Assembly (NCBI GenBank): GCA_051871555.1
Contig: JBJECZ010000190.1
Coordinates: 1-56,491, forward strand
From: Muribaculaceae bacterium
GTDB taxonomy: Bacteria > Bacteroidota > Bacteroidia > Bacteroidales > Muribaculaceae
DNA: 56,491 nucleotides
Reading direction: 5' to 3'
In this document: positions 8,286 to 18,017 of the stretch, in pieces
Layout: every line of letters starts with the position of its first letter
How positions within the stretch are numbered: the stretch's first letter is position 1
Made by a program: the position numbers and the translations under genes
Notes under the pieces: generated by a model
Databases searched by the model: none
What the model was told of the DNA's origin: nothing
What the model saw: only the letters and a program-made list of their open reading frames with translations

Positions 8286-10472
8286 ATGAGACTTTCTATT
8301 TTTTCTATTATTGCTGCGTGCAGCGTATTGTCTGCTGCAACAATTCAAGCAGAGCAAATCAACGTTGCTGAGGCACAAAACAATGCTCAGCACTTTCTTT
8401 CTGCAAACCGTAAATCACTCAAAGGACAATCATCGAGAACTTCAGAACGCTTGACTTTGGCATACACCGCCCAAAGCAATTTCAACGAAGACGAAAATTG
8501 TTACTATGTATTTAACCGCAGCAACGGCGGCTTCATCATTGCCGGAGCCGACGATTGCGCACAACAAGTGCTCGGCGTGGTTGACGATGGCAACTTCGAC
8601 CTCGAAAACATGCCGGAAAACATGCGCTGGTGGCTCAACCAATACACCGACCAAATCAGCAACGCCATGCTCACCCGCAGCACCTCTTCCGGCGAACTGA
8701 TTGCAACAAGCAACCTGCTCACATCCACCGGCACCAACACAAGCACTCGCACCAGCGTGCCAACAATGTGCCAAACCAAATGGGACCAAGGCACATATTA
8801 CAACAACATGTGCCCCGAAGACAACGGCGTGCACTGCTACACCGGATGCGTGGCAACTGCTCTTGCCCAAGTGATGAAATATCACAACTATCCCGAAGCA
8901 GCCACCGGCACTCACACATTCTACACCTCGGGTGCACAACAAATCACCGTTGACTACTCTGAAGGCGGCGCTTACGACTGGGCAAACATGCCTGTGCAGC
9001 TCACCAGCGAAAGCAGCGAAGCCGAAGTGAACGCCGTGGCTCGCCTGATGTATCACTGCGGATGCCTGGTGCAGACCGTCTACTACACCAGCGGCAGCGC
9101 TGCAAACATGACCAACATCCTCAAAGGTCTTCCTCAATTCATGGGATACTCTAAGGGCATCTCATATCGCGACCGCAGCTACTTCACCGACAGCCAATGG
9201 GAAGAAATCATCTACAACGAAATGATTAACCACCGCCCGGTGTGCTACTCTGGTGGCAACAACACCAACCGTCACGCATTCCTTTGCGACGGTTATAATG
9301 CCGACGACAACACTTTCCACTTCAACTGGGGATGGAGCGGCACAGGAAACGGTTATTTCAAGCTCACAGCTCTCGAACCGTTTGGACCGAACAGCTATTA
9401 TGTTTACAACGACGAACAATGCGCCGTGATTGGCATTCAACCTCCTACAGGCAACGACAAATTCGACATGCCTCTCTTCACCAAAGGAAACCTCAACGGA
9501 AAAGTTCAAAGCAGCGTACTTTACCTCACATTTAAAGATGCCAATGACAAAAGCGTGCAATTCTCTTGCGTTGCCGACTATTGCAGCTATGCCGCCAAAG
9601 ACCACTACAACAAACTCGGAGTCAAGCTCGTGAACGCCGAAACTCAAGAAGTGACAATTCTGGAACCATCCAGCTCTTACACCTACTACACCAACACAAA
9701 CAGCGACGCCGTAACCTTCGGCAAGAGCTGGCCAAAAATCACCAGCTACATCAAAAACGGACAATCGTTCATAGCATCGCCCGTCTACAAAGACAACGAG
9801 GACGAGGATTGGAAGCCAATGAACTTCATAGAAGGTGCTATCAACGAAATCACTGTGACTCGCGACGCCCTCGATGGAACTTTCTCGTTTGCTCCAGTGC
9901 TCACCCCTGCCGACCTGCACATCGACGACGTAACCGTGGCTAAAGCAGTTGCCGGAAAGACTCTCGAAGCCGACCTCACCGTTAGCAACCTTGGACAAAG
10001 CGAATACGTTGGCGAACTTTCGGTTTCGCTCATCGATGCTCAGGGCGCCGAGGCAGCAACCTTCTCGCAAGACATCGACGTGCAAGGCAACACCACACAA
10101 AACGTGGCTGTAAGCGGCTCGCTCGCCAACATCTCAACCGGCAGCTACTCGCTGCGCGTAAACAACGAAAACGGCGAACAAGTAAGCACCCCCGAAACCA
10201 GCATCAACGTGAAGTCGCCTGTAATCACAGGCATCGACGAGGTTGAAAACCAAGCCGTCACCATCGAAGCCGACAACAACAACCTTTGGGTGAATGCCCA
10301 AGGCGAGGTTGAAAGCATAAAGCTCTACACCACCGCAGGCGTGCTCGTGGCATCGGCTCTCAACAGCACTTCAGTGTCGATTGAAAACGCATCTACCGGC
10401 ATCTACGTTGCCAAGGTGGTGTGCAACGGCGAAGCAATCGTCAAGCAACTTCTCATCAAGAAAGACAATTAA
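8286..10472 (+). CDS. C10 family (streptopain/SpeB-like) cysteine peptidase 1, with N-terminal Spi-type propeptide, Ig-like middle region and T9SS C-terminal sorting domain
   Basis: Signal peptide is present. Other motifs are QTKWDQGTYYNNMCPE, catalytic Cys in TGCVATALAQVMKYHNYP (codon 8847-8849), HAFLCDGY and FNWGW. The C-terminal tail (GIYVAKVV...LLIKK) is CTD-like. Confidence 0.85.
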   Translation: MRLSIFSIIAACSVLSAATIQAEQINVAEAQNNAQHFLSANRKSLKGQSSRTSERLTLAYTAQSNFNEDENCYYVFNRSNGGFIIAGADDCAQQVLGVVDDGNFDLENMPENMRWWLNQYTDQISNAMLTRSTSSGELIATSNLLTSTGTNTSTRTSVPTMCQTKWDQGTYYNNMCPEDNGVHCYTGCVATALAQVMKYHNYPEAATGTHTFYTSGAQQITVDYSEGGAYDWANMPVQLTSESSEAEVNAVARLMYHCGCLVQTVYYTSGSAANMTNILKGLPQFMGYSKGISYRDRSYFTDSQWEEIIYNEMINHRPVCYSGGNNTNRHAFLCDGYNADDNTFHFNWGWSGTGNGYFKLTALEPFGPNSYYVYNDEQCAVIGIQPPTGNDKFDMPLFTKGNLNGKVQSSVLYLTFKDANDKSVQFSCVADYCSYAAKDHYNKLGVKLVNAETQEVTILEPSSSYTYYTNTNSDAVTFGKSWPKITSYIKNGQSFIASPVYKDNEDEDWKPMNFIEGAINEITVTRDALDGTFSFAPVLTPADLHIDDVTVAKAVAGKTLEADLTVSNLGQSEYVGELSVSLIDAQGAEAATFSQDIDVQGNTTQNVAVSGSLANISTGSYSLRVNNENGEQVSTPETSINVKSPVITGIDEVENQAVTIEADNNNLWVNAQGEVESIKLYTTAGVLVASALNSTSVSIENASTGIYVAKVVCNGEAIVKQLLIKKDN

Positions 10473-10606
10473 AAAAATAAATATTCAAAATCAATTATTT
10501 AGTAAGTCACTTTTTAAGGTCATGTTCTAAGGAGAGATTTTTTTCAAAGAACTTGTTATAAACATTATGATTGTAAAAAAATTAGTAAATCCTTGAGAAT
10601 GGAATC

Positions 10607-10651
10607 GACGGGCGGGCTGCGTGAGGCAGACTGCCCGTCTTCTTACTTTTT
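10607..10651 (+). terminator. Rho-independent terminator after C10 peptidase 1
   Basis: Stem GACGGGC / GCCCGTC (10607-10613 / 10633-10639) with an inner CTGC/GCAG helix, then TTCTTACTTTTT. Confidence 0.7.
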
Positions 10652-10707
10652 ATATGTTCCAATTTGGTATCAAATCGCAACAAATCAATCAAAAAAAATC
10701 ATCTCAA

Positions 10708-10740
10708 TTGCAATATTTTGCGGAATTATGACTACTTTTG
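10708..10740 (+). promoter_or_regulatory. Promoter of C10 peptidase 2
   Basis: Perfect -7 box TACTTTTG at 10733-10740, with a TTG at 10708-10710 about 22 nt upstream. The box overlaps the TTG at 10738, which argues for the ATG 10762 start. Confidence 0.55.
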
Positions 10741-10761
10741 AATAGCAAAATCACAACTACA

Positions 10762-13230
10762 ATGAAAAAACCAATCGTTTTCCTGATTCTCTTTACATCA
10801 TTGGCTTTTGCCGCATCGGCAAAGCAGCTGAGCCAGCGGCAAGCATGCAGCAAGGCACAGCAATTTGTGCGCAGCAACTCGAGGCTGAAAAGCATCTCTG
10901 CCACCAATCTGCAACTGGCATACACACAGACCAACGATGCCGACAACAGCAACAGTCTGTATGTGTTCAACAACGCCGACAACGGGTTTGTTGTTGTGGC
11001 TGCCGACGATTGCGTCGATGCCATATTAGGCTACAGCGATACCGGAGCGTTCGACCCGCTGAACATACCGCCTGGCTTGCAGACAATGATGAACGAATAC
11101 TCTAAAGAAATACGCTACGCCATCGACAACAACCTCTCGCCCGCAGAAGCATCTGCAACCGCCACGCGCACCAGCATAGCCCCGCTGCTGAAAACAAAGT
11201 GGGGGCAAAGCACACCGTTCAACAACATGTGCCCCGAAAACGGCAACGGCGGACGCTGCGTGACCGGATGCACGGCTACCGCCATGGCACAGGTGATGAA
11301 ACACCACAACTGGCCGCCAACAGGCACAGGCAGCCACTCCTATAACACCCCAATAAATGGCGTGTCAACCGAGGTGTCGGCTGACTTCAGCACCGCCACC
11401 TACGATTGGAACAATATGCTCAACGTCTACGGCTCGGGAGCCACCGAGGCACAATGCAATGCCGTGGCGCAACTGCTCTTTCACTGCGGCGCATCCACCG
11501 ACCTGGGCTACGGCACCACTTCGGGCGCTGCCACACTGAAGGTGCAAAAGGCACTTGCCAACTATTTCGGCTACGACAAGAGCATTAAATTCACCTTGCG
11601 CGAATTCTATTCAATTGAAGGTTGGAACGACCTCATTTACAACGAACTTGCCAACAACCGCCCGGTGCACATGGCTGGCTACAACCAAAGCGCCGGACAC
11701 GCCTTTGTGTGCGACGGCTACGACAAGGACGGCTATTTCCACTTCAACTGGGGATGGTGCGGACTCGACGACGGCTACTTCAAGCTGTCGGCGCTCAACC
11801 CCACCGAACAAGGCATTGGCGGCAGCGAGGACGGATACAGCAGTGGCATAGAGATTGTGTATAACATCAAGCCCGACGAAGGCGGCAGCCCCACCATTGA
11901 GGGGGCTGTGTATGGCAACTTCCTGCCCGACGTCTACACCGTTGAGGCTGGCGTAGCACAAACCATCAATTTTGCCCTGACAGGTTATTTCACAGCAAAC
12001 ATCTACAGCACTTGGAACCTGATTAAGCTGGGCTTGATTGCCGTGAACAACGAAACCGCTGCCGAAACCTACATCAACAGCGACATCTACACCAACATCT
12101 TAACCGGCTACTACTATTCGCTGAACAACGGCATGAAAGTGTTATCGACCGATATACGACAAAGCCTCGGCAACGGCACCTATACGGTATATCCTGCCGT
12201 GTACGACTATTCATATAAACGCATCAACAAGGCATTTGTGCAATACGGCAGAGTGCCCTATCTCAACCTCGTGGTTGATGACGGTGCTTTGACATTCTCA
12301 GTGCCCGAGGAAATTGTTCCCACCAACCTAAGCCTCGCGAGCCTCACATTCAACACCCGGTTCTATAAAGGCAACCGCTACTCGGTTACGGCATCAATCA
12401 AAAACTCCGGCCGCGACTATTGCGCCCGTGTCTATCCCGCCATTTTCGACACCGACGGCAACCTGCTGGGCAAAGGAAAACCCGAAGTGTATGAAATAGC
12501 CACCGACCAAACAACCACCCACACGCTCGTCAGCGACATGCCGAGCGGAATCACAGCCGGAAACTACTATTTTGGCATGCTCGACAACAGCGGCAACCTC
12601 ATTGGCGAAAAACAAGCCATCACCGTGAGTGAGGACAACGGACTCTATTCGCTGCAAGTGGGCATTTTCACTATAAAGAACTCTTATGCCGTGGATGCAG
12701 CCAACGTGCAGATGACAGCCAGAGTGACCTGCTCGGGCGGATATTTCAACGGCGCTCTCGACGCATACATCTTCCGTTACGGCGGCACCTCGATTTGCTA
12801 CGCCAAGTCGGATGTGTTCGACCTCACTCCGGGCGAAACCAAGGTTATCAACTTCAACGTGCCCTTCCCCAAGGGCGAAGTGGGCGTGACATATCAAGCC
12901 GGCATTTTCAACTACAACCACAACCGCTGCGAAAAACTCACCGCGCTGAAAGACTTCACCGTGGCAGCAAACTCGGGCATCGACGACGTTGAAGCCGACG
13001 GCGCACTCGACATCTACCCCAACCCGGCAGTGGATGAGGTGACAGTGAAGTGCAACGGCAGCATAAGCCAAGTGAGCATCTACGACATGGCAGGCAAACA
13101 AGTGGCGCAACATCAGGCACAAGCCGGCGACGCATGCACCATCAACGTTTCGCACCTCACTCCGGGCGTATATGTGATGAAAATAGCCACCTCAAACGGT
13201 TGGGCAACCAAACGATTAATGAAGAAATAA
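10762..13230 (+). CDS. C10 family cysteine peptidase 2 (Spi propeptide, Ig-like repeats, T9SS CTD)
   Basis: Motifs are KTKWGQSTPFNNMCPE, catalytic Cys in TGCTATAMAQVMKHHNWP (11269-11271), GHAFVCDGY and FNWGW. The C-terminus is LTPGVYVMKIAT...RLMKK. Confidence 0.85.
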   Translation: MKKPIVFLILFTSLAFAASAKQLSQRQACSKAQQFVRSNSRLKSISATNLQLAYTQTNDADNSNSLYVFNNADNGFVVVAADDCVDAILGYSDTGAFDPLNIPPGLQTMMNEYSKEIRYAIDNNLSPAEASATATRTSIAPLLKTKWGQSTPFNNMCPENGNGGRCVTGCTATAMAQVMKHHNWPPTGTGSHSYNTPINGVSTEVSADFSTATYDWNNMLNVYGSGATEAQCNAVAQLLFHCGASTDLGYGTTSGAATLKVQKALANYFGYDKSIKFTLREFYSIEGWNDLIYNELANNRPVHMAGYNQSAGHAFVCDGYDKDGYFHFNWGWCGLDDGYFKLSALNPTEQGIGGSEDGYSSGIEIVYNIKPDEGGSPTIEGAVYGNFLPDVYTVEAGVAQTINFALTGYFTANIYSTWNLIKLGLIAVNNETAAETYINSDIYTNILTGYYYSLNNGMKVLSTDIRQSLGNGTYTVYPAVYDYSYKRINKAFVQYGRVPYLNLVVDDGALTFSVPEEIVPTNLSLASLTFNTRFYKGNRYSVTASIKNSGRDYCARVYPAIFDTDGNLLGKGKPEVYEIATDQTTTHTLVSDMPSGITAGNYYFGMLDNSGNLIGEKQAITVSEDNGLYSLQVGIFTIKNSYAVDAANVQMTARVTCSGGYFNGALDAYIFRYGGTSICYAKSDVFDLTPGETKVINFNVPFPKGEVGVTYQAGIFNYNHNRCEKLTALKDFTVAANSGIDDVEADGALDIYPNPAVDEVTVKCNGSISQVSIYDMAGKQVAQHQAQAGDACTINVSHLTPGVYVMKIATSNGWATKRLMKK

Positions 13231-13378
13231 CCACCCTCATATTGAGGTGTTTTAAATCATAATAATTGTTAAAAGAATAGCCGAGAGCCACAAATATTAT
13301 CAGGAAATCGGCTATTCATAAACTTTATTAATTACTTTTATAGCAGAATATTCAACAACAACAATAATTATTGCAAAA

Positions 13379-15841
13379 ATGAAAAAATTTTTACTATTGA
13401 TTGTTTCATTGGCATTTGCAACGCAATTGCATGCCGAACAAATCGGGGTAACCGAAGCTCAGGACATAGCTTACAAGTTCGCCCGCAAATCGGGCAGACT
13501 GAAAGCAGCCACAGACACCGATGTAAAGTTGGTTTACACCGAGAATGCCGACAACGGCAGCAATAGTTTCTACGTGTTCAACACCACCGGCAGCAGCTTC
13601 GTGATTGTGTCGGGCGAAAGCAACGCCGAGGAAGTGCTCGGATACAGCAACGACGGCGCGTTCGACCCCGCCAACATTCCACCGGCAATGCTCGACCTGT
13701 TCGACCAATATAAGAGCGAAATCAGCTATGCAGCCACGCTCGACATCGACGCCAATCCGGCATCTTCTGTGGTGCCTTCGCGCAAAGCCATAGCTCCGTT
13801 GTGTGCCACCAAGTGGAACCAAGGCGCACCGTTCAACAACATGTGCCCGATGTACGACGCATCTCAGCGCTGCGTCACCGGTTGCACCGCCACCGCCATG
13901 GCGCAGGTGATGAAATATCACAACCACCCAGCCAAAGGCACCGGCACTATGACATACACCCCAACCATCAATGGCACAGCAACTGAACTCTCTCTCGATT
14001 TCAGCCAAACCACTTTCGACTGGAACAATATGCTCAACGTCTACGGCTCAGGTGCCACCGAGGCTCAAAACAATGCAGTGGCAACGCTGATGTATAACTG
14101 CGGCGTGGCTTGCCAAATGAGCTACGGACTTTCGTCGGGTGCCACACACGCCAATGCTGCCAAAGGTTATGCCAGCTTTTTCAGCTACGACAAGAGTGTT
14201 CAGCGAGCATTTCGCAATTATTACAGCATTACGGGCTGGAACGACCTCGTTTACAACGAACTTGCCAACAATCGCCCGGTGCAATACGCAGGTTATAACT
14301 CCGAGGCAGGACACTCTTATGTGTGCGACGGCTACGACAAGGACGAATATTTCCACATCAACTGGGGTTGGGGCGGCATGTCGGACGGCTACTTCAAGCT
14401 CTCGGCTTTGACTCCTTCGAGCCAAGGTATTGGTGGCAGCAACGCCGGTTACAACGCCGGACAGGAGATAATCTATAACATCAAGCCCGACGAAGGCGGC
14501 AGCTATGCCTATGAGATGTGTTTCGGTGGCGAGTTCAGTACAACTACATCTTCTGTGTTGAAAACCAGCACCGGTACCGTATCGTTCAACTTCACAAATT
14601 TTTGCCTTCTGTCATCTAATCCCGACCCTGTTCGTATTATTTTGGGTGTGTATGCCGAAAACACTTCAACAAAACAGCGCACATTCATCAAATGCACCAA
14701 TATCAATCAGCAGGTTTCCTGCGGATTGACATATTCCTACAGCGTGAGTTCATACAATGTGCAAAAAATAAATATTAGTGACCTGGCTGCTCTCAGCGAA
14801 GGCACCTATAAGCTCATTCCAGCCTATACCTTGCCCGCTTTAGAGATTACAGACGTTGCCAAAGTGATTTTTGGTGTTGCCGATTATTGCAACATGACCG
14901 TGGATGAATCAACCATCACCTTCAGCAAGCCTACTGTAGAGAAACCAATTCTTACAGTCGACGACATCACATTCAACTCGGAATTCTATGTGGGCAAAAT
15001 GTATTCGGTAACAGCCACAATCACTAACAACGGCGGCGATTATTGCGACCTGATTTATCCAGTTATTGCCGACAGCAACCTCGCAACCGTAAAGATTGGC
15101 GACGGACTCATCTATTCGCTCCTCAAAGGCGAGACAGTTACCCACGACCTTATTGCAACCGTGGCGAGCGACCTCGAACCTGGCGACTACGAGTTCTTCC
15201 TCATCAACGCCTCAGGCGTTATAATTAGCGACCGATATCAAATAAGCGTCTCTACAGTTCCCGACGGTTACAGCATAAAAGCCTCGACGCCTGTGTTTGA
15301 AGGTGATATGAACAATATTGACAGCCGCAATATGGCTGTTACCACCACCATTTCGTGCGACGAAGGCTATTATGCCGGCACTATTTACGCTGTTTGGTTT
15401 GTTGATGGTTATAGCTTCGCGATGACAGAATCCGAAGTTCTTTTCATCGAAGCCATTAACTCAAAAGATATCACCTTACGAGCATCATTCGACAACCTCG
15501 ACCTGAGCAAGAGTTACACTGTTGGCATATACAACTACGATAATGGGTGGAACAGACTCTCCAATTACGTTAATTTCAATATTGCAACCGGAATCGACGA
15601 TGTTGCAGCCGACGGCAAGTTCAACATCTACACTAACGGCGACGTGGTGAACGTGACTTCGCCCGACAACATCAAGCGCATCGACATCTTCTCGCTCACC
15701 GGTCAGCAGGTGGCTAACCGCATGGTTGCCGACGGAGCCGGCGCAACAAGCATCGATGTTTCGAACCTCACTCCGGGCGTTTATGTGGTGAAAGTAATCA
15801 CTGCAGGCGACACCCACGTTGAGCGCATAGTGAAGAAATAA
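13379..15841 (+). CDS. C10 family cysteine peptidase 3 (close paralog of peptidase 2; T9SS CTD)
   Basis: Motifs are ATKWNQGAPFNNMCPM, catalytic Cys in TGCTATAMAQVMKYHNHP (13883-13885), GHSYVCDGY and INWGW. The C-terminus is LTPGVYVVKVIT...RIVKK. Confidence 0.85.
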   Translation: MKKFLLLIVSLAFATQLHAEQIGVTEAQDIAYKFARKSGRLKAATDTDVKLVYTENADNGSNSFYVFNTTGSSFVIVSGESNAEEVLGYSNDGAFDPANIPPAMLDLFDQYKSEISYAATLDIDANPASSVVPSRKAIAPLCATKWNQGAPFNNMCPMYDASQRCVTGCTATAMAQVMKYHNHPAKGTGTMTYTPTINGTATELSLDFSQTTFDWNNMLNVYGSGATEAQNNAVATLMYNCGVACQMSYGLSSGATHANAAKGYASFFSYDKSVQRAFRNYYSITGWNDLVYNELANNRPVQYAGYNSEAGHSYVCDGYDKDEYFHINWGWGGMSDGYFKLSALTPSSQGIGGSNAGYNAGQEIIYNIKPDEGGSYAYEMCFGGEFSTTTSSVLKTSTGTVSFNFTNFCLLSSNPDPVRIILGVYAENTSTKQRTFIKCTNINQQVSCGLTYSYSVSSYNVQKINISDLAALSEGTYKLIPAYTLPALEITDVAKVIFGVADYCNMTVDESTITFSKPTVEKPILTVDDITFNSEFYVGKMYSVTATITNNGGDYCDLIYPVIADSNLATVKIGDGLIYSLLKGETVTHDLIATVASDLEPGDYEFFLINASGVIISDRYQISVSTVPDGYSIKASTPVFEGDMNNIDSRNMAVTTTISCDEGYYAGTIYAVWFVDGYSFAMTESEVLFIEAINSKDITLRASFDNLDLSKSYTVGIYNYDNGWNRLSNYVNFNIATGIDDVAADGKFNIYTNGDVVNVTSPDNIKRIDIFSLTGQQVANRMVADGAGATSIDVSNLTPGVYVVKVITAGDTHVERIVKK

Positions 15842-15866
15842 GTATTCAACAATCTCATTCAAGAGT

Positions 15867-16436
15867 ATGTTAAAAACACTGGCAATAGCAACAATGGCAC
15901 TCGTGGCACTAAACGGATGCAAGGCACAGAAGGCTGGCAGCAACGCTGCCGACACTGTGCCCGACACCCAACTGATTGTCAACGAAATGCCGGTGCCTGG
16001 TGCCCAGCCAATAGCAAGCGCCATGCCGCGCGCCATAGTTTATCGCACCGTAGCCGACTATCGCGATAAGGTGCCGGTGAACATCGACCCGCGCACCGGA
16101 GCGATTATTAGCTACCCCGACCCGCGCGACCTGCACGCCGAGGCGATGCCGCTGCCTCTTGCCAACGGCTATCTGCTCGACCGTCGCGGCATCTCGCCAT
16201 CGGTGGCTTTCACCTCGTTCACTTACGCCGAATATGCTGCACTTCAGACAGCGCCCACCATGGAGCAGCTCAAAAAAAGCATCATCAACAAGCACCCGAT
16301 TGTTGAGATGTATCAACTGCCCATTTCGGCTGCCGATGCCGCTGCCGACACCGCCAAGGTGAATGCCTTCATCAAAGCAAAGTTCGACGGATGCAAATCG
16401 CTGGTGTTAACCCTCAGTCTGGATGAGATTCATTAA
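15867..16436 (+). CDS. Lipoprotein of unknown function, apparently co-transcribed with C10 peptidase 3
   Basis: Lipobox (..ALNGC) is present. It starts 25 nt after the C10-3 stop and is followed by a strong terminator. No family was recognised. Confidence 0.6.
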   Translation: MLKTLAIATMALVALNGCKAQKAGSNAADTVPDTQLIVNEMPVPGAQPIASAMPRAIVYRTVADYRDKVPVNIDPRTGAIISYPDPRDLHAEAMPLPLANGYLLDRRGISPSVAFTSFTYAEYAALQTAPTMEQLKKSIINKHPIVEMYQLPISAADAAADTAKVNAFIKAKFDGCKSLVLTLSLDEIH

Positions 16437-16460
16437 CGAAATAGAAACTTCATTATAATA

Positions 16461-16500
16461 AGGGGATTGTGCCTAACTGTGGCACAGTCCCCTCGTTTTT
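16461..16500 (+). terminator. Rho-independent terminator ending the C10 cluster
   Basis: AGGGGATTGTGCC-taactgt-GGCACAGTCCCCT followed by CGTTTTT. Confidence 0.8.
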
Positions 16501-16555
16501 AATAGCACCAATGCAATTTTCTTGTGGATTGACGCGTTACACGCATAATTTTTTG

Positions 16556-16563
16556 TAATTTTG
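16556..16563 (+). promoter_or_regulatory. -7 promoter box for the SGNH/MBOAT operon
   Basis: Perfect TAATTTTG (TAnnTTTG) about 70 nt upstream of ATG 16635. Confidence 0.45.
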
Positions 16564-16634
16564 CCGCTCAGTGGCTGGCTATGGCGGGTGCGTATAACAA
16601 CACCCGATGCAATGCACAGCACAAATCATATGCA

Positions 16635-18005
16635 ATGAAGCGCAAAAACTACATAGGCTATGGCATAGCGGTGGTGCTCACTTCGGTGGCGCTGCTGCTG
16701 GCGCTGCATCATTTGCCGCCGATGAACATCTTGGGCATTGAGCTGCGCAACGTGGATATGCTGAGCCAGTTGCGCGAGCCCGACACGGCAGCCACCGCGA
16801 CCGAAGCCCCCGAACCGCCCAAGCGCGTGAAGCCGGCATACGTCGACTCGTGCCCTGAAGGCGTGCAATGCATTGTGGACTACAGCAACAACAGCCGCGG
16901 CATGGTGCCGCTATACGAAGCCATGAGCCAATGCACCAAAACAGGCAGCGAACTGCGCATAGCAGTGCTTGGCGACTCGTTCATCGAGGGCGACATCGTC
17001 ACCGACCGCCTGCGCGAACTGCTGCAAAAGCGCTTTGGCGGCAGCGGCGTTGGGTTTGTGCCGATTGTTAACGAAGCATACGGCTTCCGTCGCACTGTGC
17101 TTCACCGCTTCGACGGGTGGGACGCACACTACGTCAACGCCCCACGCTCCTACAACAACCGTCTGGCTATCCTCTCAGGACAATATTTCATTCCGCAAAA
17201 CGACGCCTCGGTGACTTTGAGCGGACAACGCTCCTATCTGTCGCGCCTCGACACCTGCCGGCGCGCTTCGCTCGTGATTCGTTCTCTCGTTGACAATGCA
17301 GTGACTGCCACCATCAACGGCAGCCAAAAGCAACACTTCGACATTGCCGCCAGCAACCAGTTGCAGCAAGTCACTATAGATGCGCCTATCGGCAAAGTGC
17401 GCTGGAACGTGGCAGTGGGCGGCGACAGCGTGGTGTGCTACGGAGCAACGATGGACGGCGGCACCGGTGCCGTTGTCGACAACTTTGCCATGCGCGCATC
17501 AAGCGGTATCCACATTGCCAGCATCAGCAAAGACATGCTGCAGCAATACGACCGACTGCGCCACTATCACCTGGTGATTGTGATGTATGGACTCAACGTG
17601 GCTAACAGCAACCAGCGAAACTATTCGCACTACGGCAAAAAAATGTGCGACGCCATCGAACACATGAAGGCTGCCATGCCATCGACAGGATTCCTCGTAG
17701 TGGGCATAGGCGACCGTGAGGAGCGCATCGACGGCACCCTGCAAACCATGCGAGGAATAAAAGAACTGATGGCTGAGCAACAAAACATTGCCAGCACCGA
17801 GGGCATTGCCTATTGGAGCCTGTTCGACGCCATGGGCGGCGCCGGCAGCATTGCCAAGATGGTAGAGAGCCATCCGCGACAAGCCAACCTCGACTACACC
17901 CACATCAACCACCTGGGCGGAAAACACTTGGCAAAACTGCTTTACGACGCCATAATGGCTGGCTACGACAACCACCTGCGCCGATTGGCTTACGAAAACG
18001 AATAA
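16635..18005 (+). CDS. Membrane-anchored SGNH/GDSL-type hydrolase/acyltransferase partner (AlgX/AlgJ/PatB-like role)
   Basis: N-terminal TM helix, GDS block (RIAVLGDSFIEGD), and position immediately upstream of an MBOAT gene. ATG 16635 is preferred to the ORF start at 16581. Confidence 0.65.
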   Translation: MKRKNYIGYGIAVVLTSVALLLALHHLPPMNILGIELRNVDMLSQLREPDTAATATEAPEPPKRVKPAYVDSCPEGVQCIVDYSNNSRGMVPLYEAMSQCTKTGSELRIAVLGDSFIEGDIVTDRLRELLQKRFGGSGVGFVPIVNEAYGFRRTVLHRFDGWDAHYVNAPRSYNNRLAILSGQYFIPQNDASVTLSGQRSYLSRLDTCRRASLVIRSLVDNAVTATINGSQKQHFDIAASNQLQQVTIDAPIGKVRWNVAVGGDSVVCYGATMDGGTGAVVDNFAMRASSGIHIASISKDMLQQYDRLRHYHLVIVMYGLNVANSNQRNYSHYGKKMCDAIEHMKAAMPSTGFLVVGIGDREERIDGTLQTMRGIKELMAEQQNIASTEGIAYWSLFDAMGGAGSIAKMVESHPRQANLDYTHINHLGGKHLAKLLYDAIMAGYDNHLRRLAYENE

Positions 18006-18017
18006 CCCACAGCACCA

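Noticed and set aside
10738-10761. Upstream-extended starts proposed by the ORF track: TTG 10738, TTG 6388, ATG 26542, ATG 36025, ATG 36980, ATG 38982, GTG 43289, TTG 50878, ATG 16581, ATG 24448 and ATG 35071.
   Set aside because: In each case a downstream ATG gives a proper signal peptide or a conserved N-terminus. In several cases the extension overlaps the upstream gene or the predicted -7 promoter box.
13275-13315. Hairpin AATAGCCGA...TCGGCTATT between C10 peptidases 2 and 3, considered as a terminator.
   Set aside because: It has a 23-nt loop and no clear U-tract. It is too weak to call, and peptidases 2 and 3 may be co-transcribed.
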